From Eledone cirrhosa (taxonomy: Eukaryota), in contig OZ024742.1 of NCBI GenBank assembly GCA_964016885.1, positions 192,510,001 through 192,574,000 of the forward strand: a DNA stretch of 64,000 nucleotides, in the 5' to 3' direction. The notes beneath the pieces were generated by a model, which did no database searches, was not told where the DNA came from, and worked only from the letters and a program-made list of their open reading frames with translations. A program made the translations under genes and the position numbers. Positions 61,814-64,000 of the stretch are shown one piece after another (the first letter of the stretch is position 1; each line of letters begins with the position of its first letter).

Positions 61814-63953
61814 TTAGCCATCGGGCTTTAACACTGGCTTAAAGTGTTTCAATGTTGCAAAGTTCTTGTGCATGCAGTTCGGGCAGTGTTCAGAGAGTTT
61901 GTTCAGTAGCGGGCCCTTGGCGAATAAAATTTCGTAGCTCTCTGAAATACAAAGGTCGCAGCCCTTGTGTCCTCCGTTGTAAGAGCGCGCTTTCTGGAGT
62001 ATTTTCCAATTAAGCGTGAAGGGGGTGGAGTTCCTTTTGAGGTTCCAAACGTAGGAGGCGAGTGTTGTTTGATTTGATTTATCCGGTCTTCTGAAGGAGT
62101 GGGTATGGGCATACCAACGGGTCTTAAAGTTGTTGGAGGTCATGCCGATGTAAGTTTTTTTGCAATCCTCGGTGCCCGATGACATCGCATTTGTATACGA
62201 TGTCATTTGTGAGGCATTTGTTTTCTAGTGGGCATGCTTCCTTATTTAGGCAATTACATAGAGCCCCAGTTCGGGGATTGGTTTCGGAGGTGGTTGGCTT
62301 ATTTAGTTTAGAGTTGTGGTTGGCTATATTCCTAGCTAGGTTAGGTGTGGTGGAGTAAGACAGTCTTATAGTGTTCTTATTAAAGATGGTGTAGTACCTA
62401 TGTTGTATGGGGAAGTGTAATTTCAGTAAAGTGAAGAAAATCCTAGCTATCGGAGTAGATACCTCTCTATTGAAGGGAGGGTTGTACCAGCTAATCTGCC
62501 TATGTCTATTCCTCCTCTGCAATTTTGCGGTGGTTTCTAGGTAAGTTATCTTATCTTTAAATCCGCTACGGGCTAGAGCGTCATTGTAGTAGGAGGCAGA
62601 TGCAGTAAAAATATCTTTGTTGGCGGAGAGGCCAGATATTCTAATAGAGACGCTTTTTACTAGGTTATCAGTAATGTTTTGGGGGTGGTTTGAATTAACA
62701 TTAATATATTTAAGGGACTCGTTAGGTTTGTGGTACGGGTAATAGAGGGAAGTATCTAGGTCGAGAGTGACATCTAAGAAGTTGGCCCTAGTCAAATTAG
62801 AATCTATAGTTATACTAAATCCTAGATTAGAGAAGAAAGAGCTTAAGTTTTTCCGAAACCCATCGGTGGTTCTGGGGCTAACCTTATGCAGGGCGAAGAG
62901 GCCGTCGTCTCGGTATAAACCTCCAGTTAGGCCGGTAAAGAGGTTCTTCGGGTTATGTAGGATGTACAGGCCCACAAGGTCGCTAATTTCAGCCGAGTCA
63001 CTCGCCCCCATGCTAACGTCAAATGGGGTCTGAGATTTCTTGTTGATCCAGTAAGATCCATCGTGGTATAGAAAGGTCTTACGAGCGTGGAGGATAATAA
63101 CTTGCTCGGCATCGGTAATGGTGGTAAAATTCCTGGCAAAGTTAATTGCGTCCTTCAGGAGGGGCTCCGAGATAGAGGCATAGTAGTTTTCTATGTCGAG
63201 TTGCAGGAAGCGAGTGTGGTGTTTATCGGGTAATTCTTGGAACCATGATATTGCCTCAGATGTTCTACTCCAGAGTCGAAGTGGTGAGGCTGCCCGCAAT
63301 AATGGTAGAACTCTATCCAGGATCTTCTTACTGATAGAGCCGATGTCAGAACGAGTGGGGTTGATAAGTCTGACTGATGGTTTGTTGAGGAAATTTCCCT
63401 TATGGTCCTTCAGGGTAAAGTGCGGGGTCTTTACCCTTAAAGGTTCGGTTCGGTCATGTAATTTAAGGGACTTGGCGATTTCTTTTCCGGCCGCGTTTGT
63501 CTCAGTCAGCGCCCTCTCTATTACCTTTTTGTAGGTGGTCGTGATGGTATTTTTTGCCAGCTTATTGTAGGTCTGTGGGTCTACCTCATAAACGTTTTTG
63601 GTTTTATCGGAGGAGACATAAAGATTAGGGGATTTTTTTATATTCCGTAATTCGGCATTTAAGTAGGCCTGGAATGGTGTGGTGGCTCTCCGGAATTTAA
63701 TATCCTTGATCATCTTGAAGAGGTCTTCCTCAAATGGTTGGAGTAGGCTGTTGGTGAGTGGTGTCTTATTCGTTTTGAAGCCGAACTTCTCATCATTGGT
63801 AGATGCTACATCAGGGTTGTCGAGGAAGAAGGCCCTCTATCTAATTCGCTTGATGAACTCGTCGGTACGTCTGATGAGTGTTTTTAAGTATAGTTTCCTT
63901 GGAGGGATAGGGATGTTCTTCAAGGAAATATCAAGGTCGAGTTTGGTCAGCAT
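61814..63953 (-). mobile_element. Penelope-like element 2 ORF (RT + GIY-YIG), near-intact with one premature stop and one frameshift; resembles the Hydra clade
   Basis: ATG at 63953; TAG at 63839-37 in RIR*RAFF (probable W codon); SDKT, FDVSMGASDSAE, GLYRDDG, WYNPPF, CNCx5C linker, IVYKC/YIGMT (frameshift ~62180), CDLC...CMH. Confidence 0.9.
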
Positions 63954-64000
63954 GGTTTCTTGATGATGGTTATAAGGGGCACAGAGAGTGCTAAAATGTA

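Overview
Eukaryotic (animal) genomic DNA: AT-rich, GT-AG introns, dense in retroelements and (TA)n/(CA)n microsatellites. The repeat repertoire resembles an octopus/coleoid genome (inference from recalled repeat patterns). One host gene is present: nine frame-consistent exons (4507-22705, +) encoding the C-terminal ~425 aa of an F-box/LRR protein most like FBXL6, with its 5' end upstream of the window. Most of the rest is mobile DNA. There are four long RTE-clade LINE copies whose RT carries an inserted C4HC3 PHD finger, many RTE 3' fragments, tRNA-derived SINEs and MITEs. There are also three Helitrons (one a decayed RepHel inserted in a SINE) and two Penelope-like elements (RT + C-terminal GIY-YIG). 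The most interesting signal is non-coding: at least five distinct families of type I hammerhead-ribozyme (HHR) motifs, concentrated at 55.9-58.7 kb. One is a structured 319-nt tandem/inverted monomer whose HHR has the compensatory U3-A8 core (UUGAUAA), a candidate non-LTR retrozyme/circRNA unit. Others are fold-back palindromes that appear to arise at HHR stem II. A ~0.9-kb inverted duplication (45.2/53.9 kb) looks like an ancestral near-palindrome later split by a Helitron and a Penelope insertion. All calls are from reading the sequence by eye; no searches or folding programs were run.
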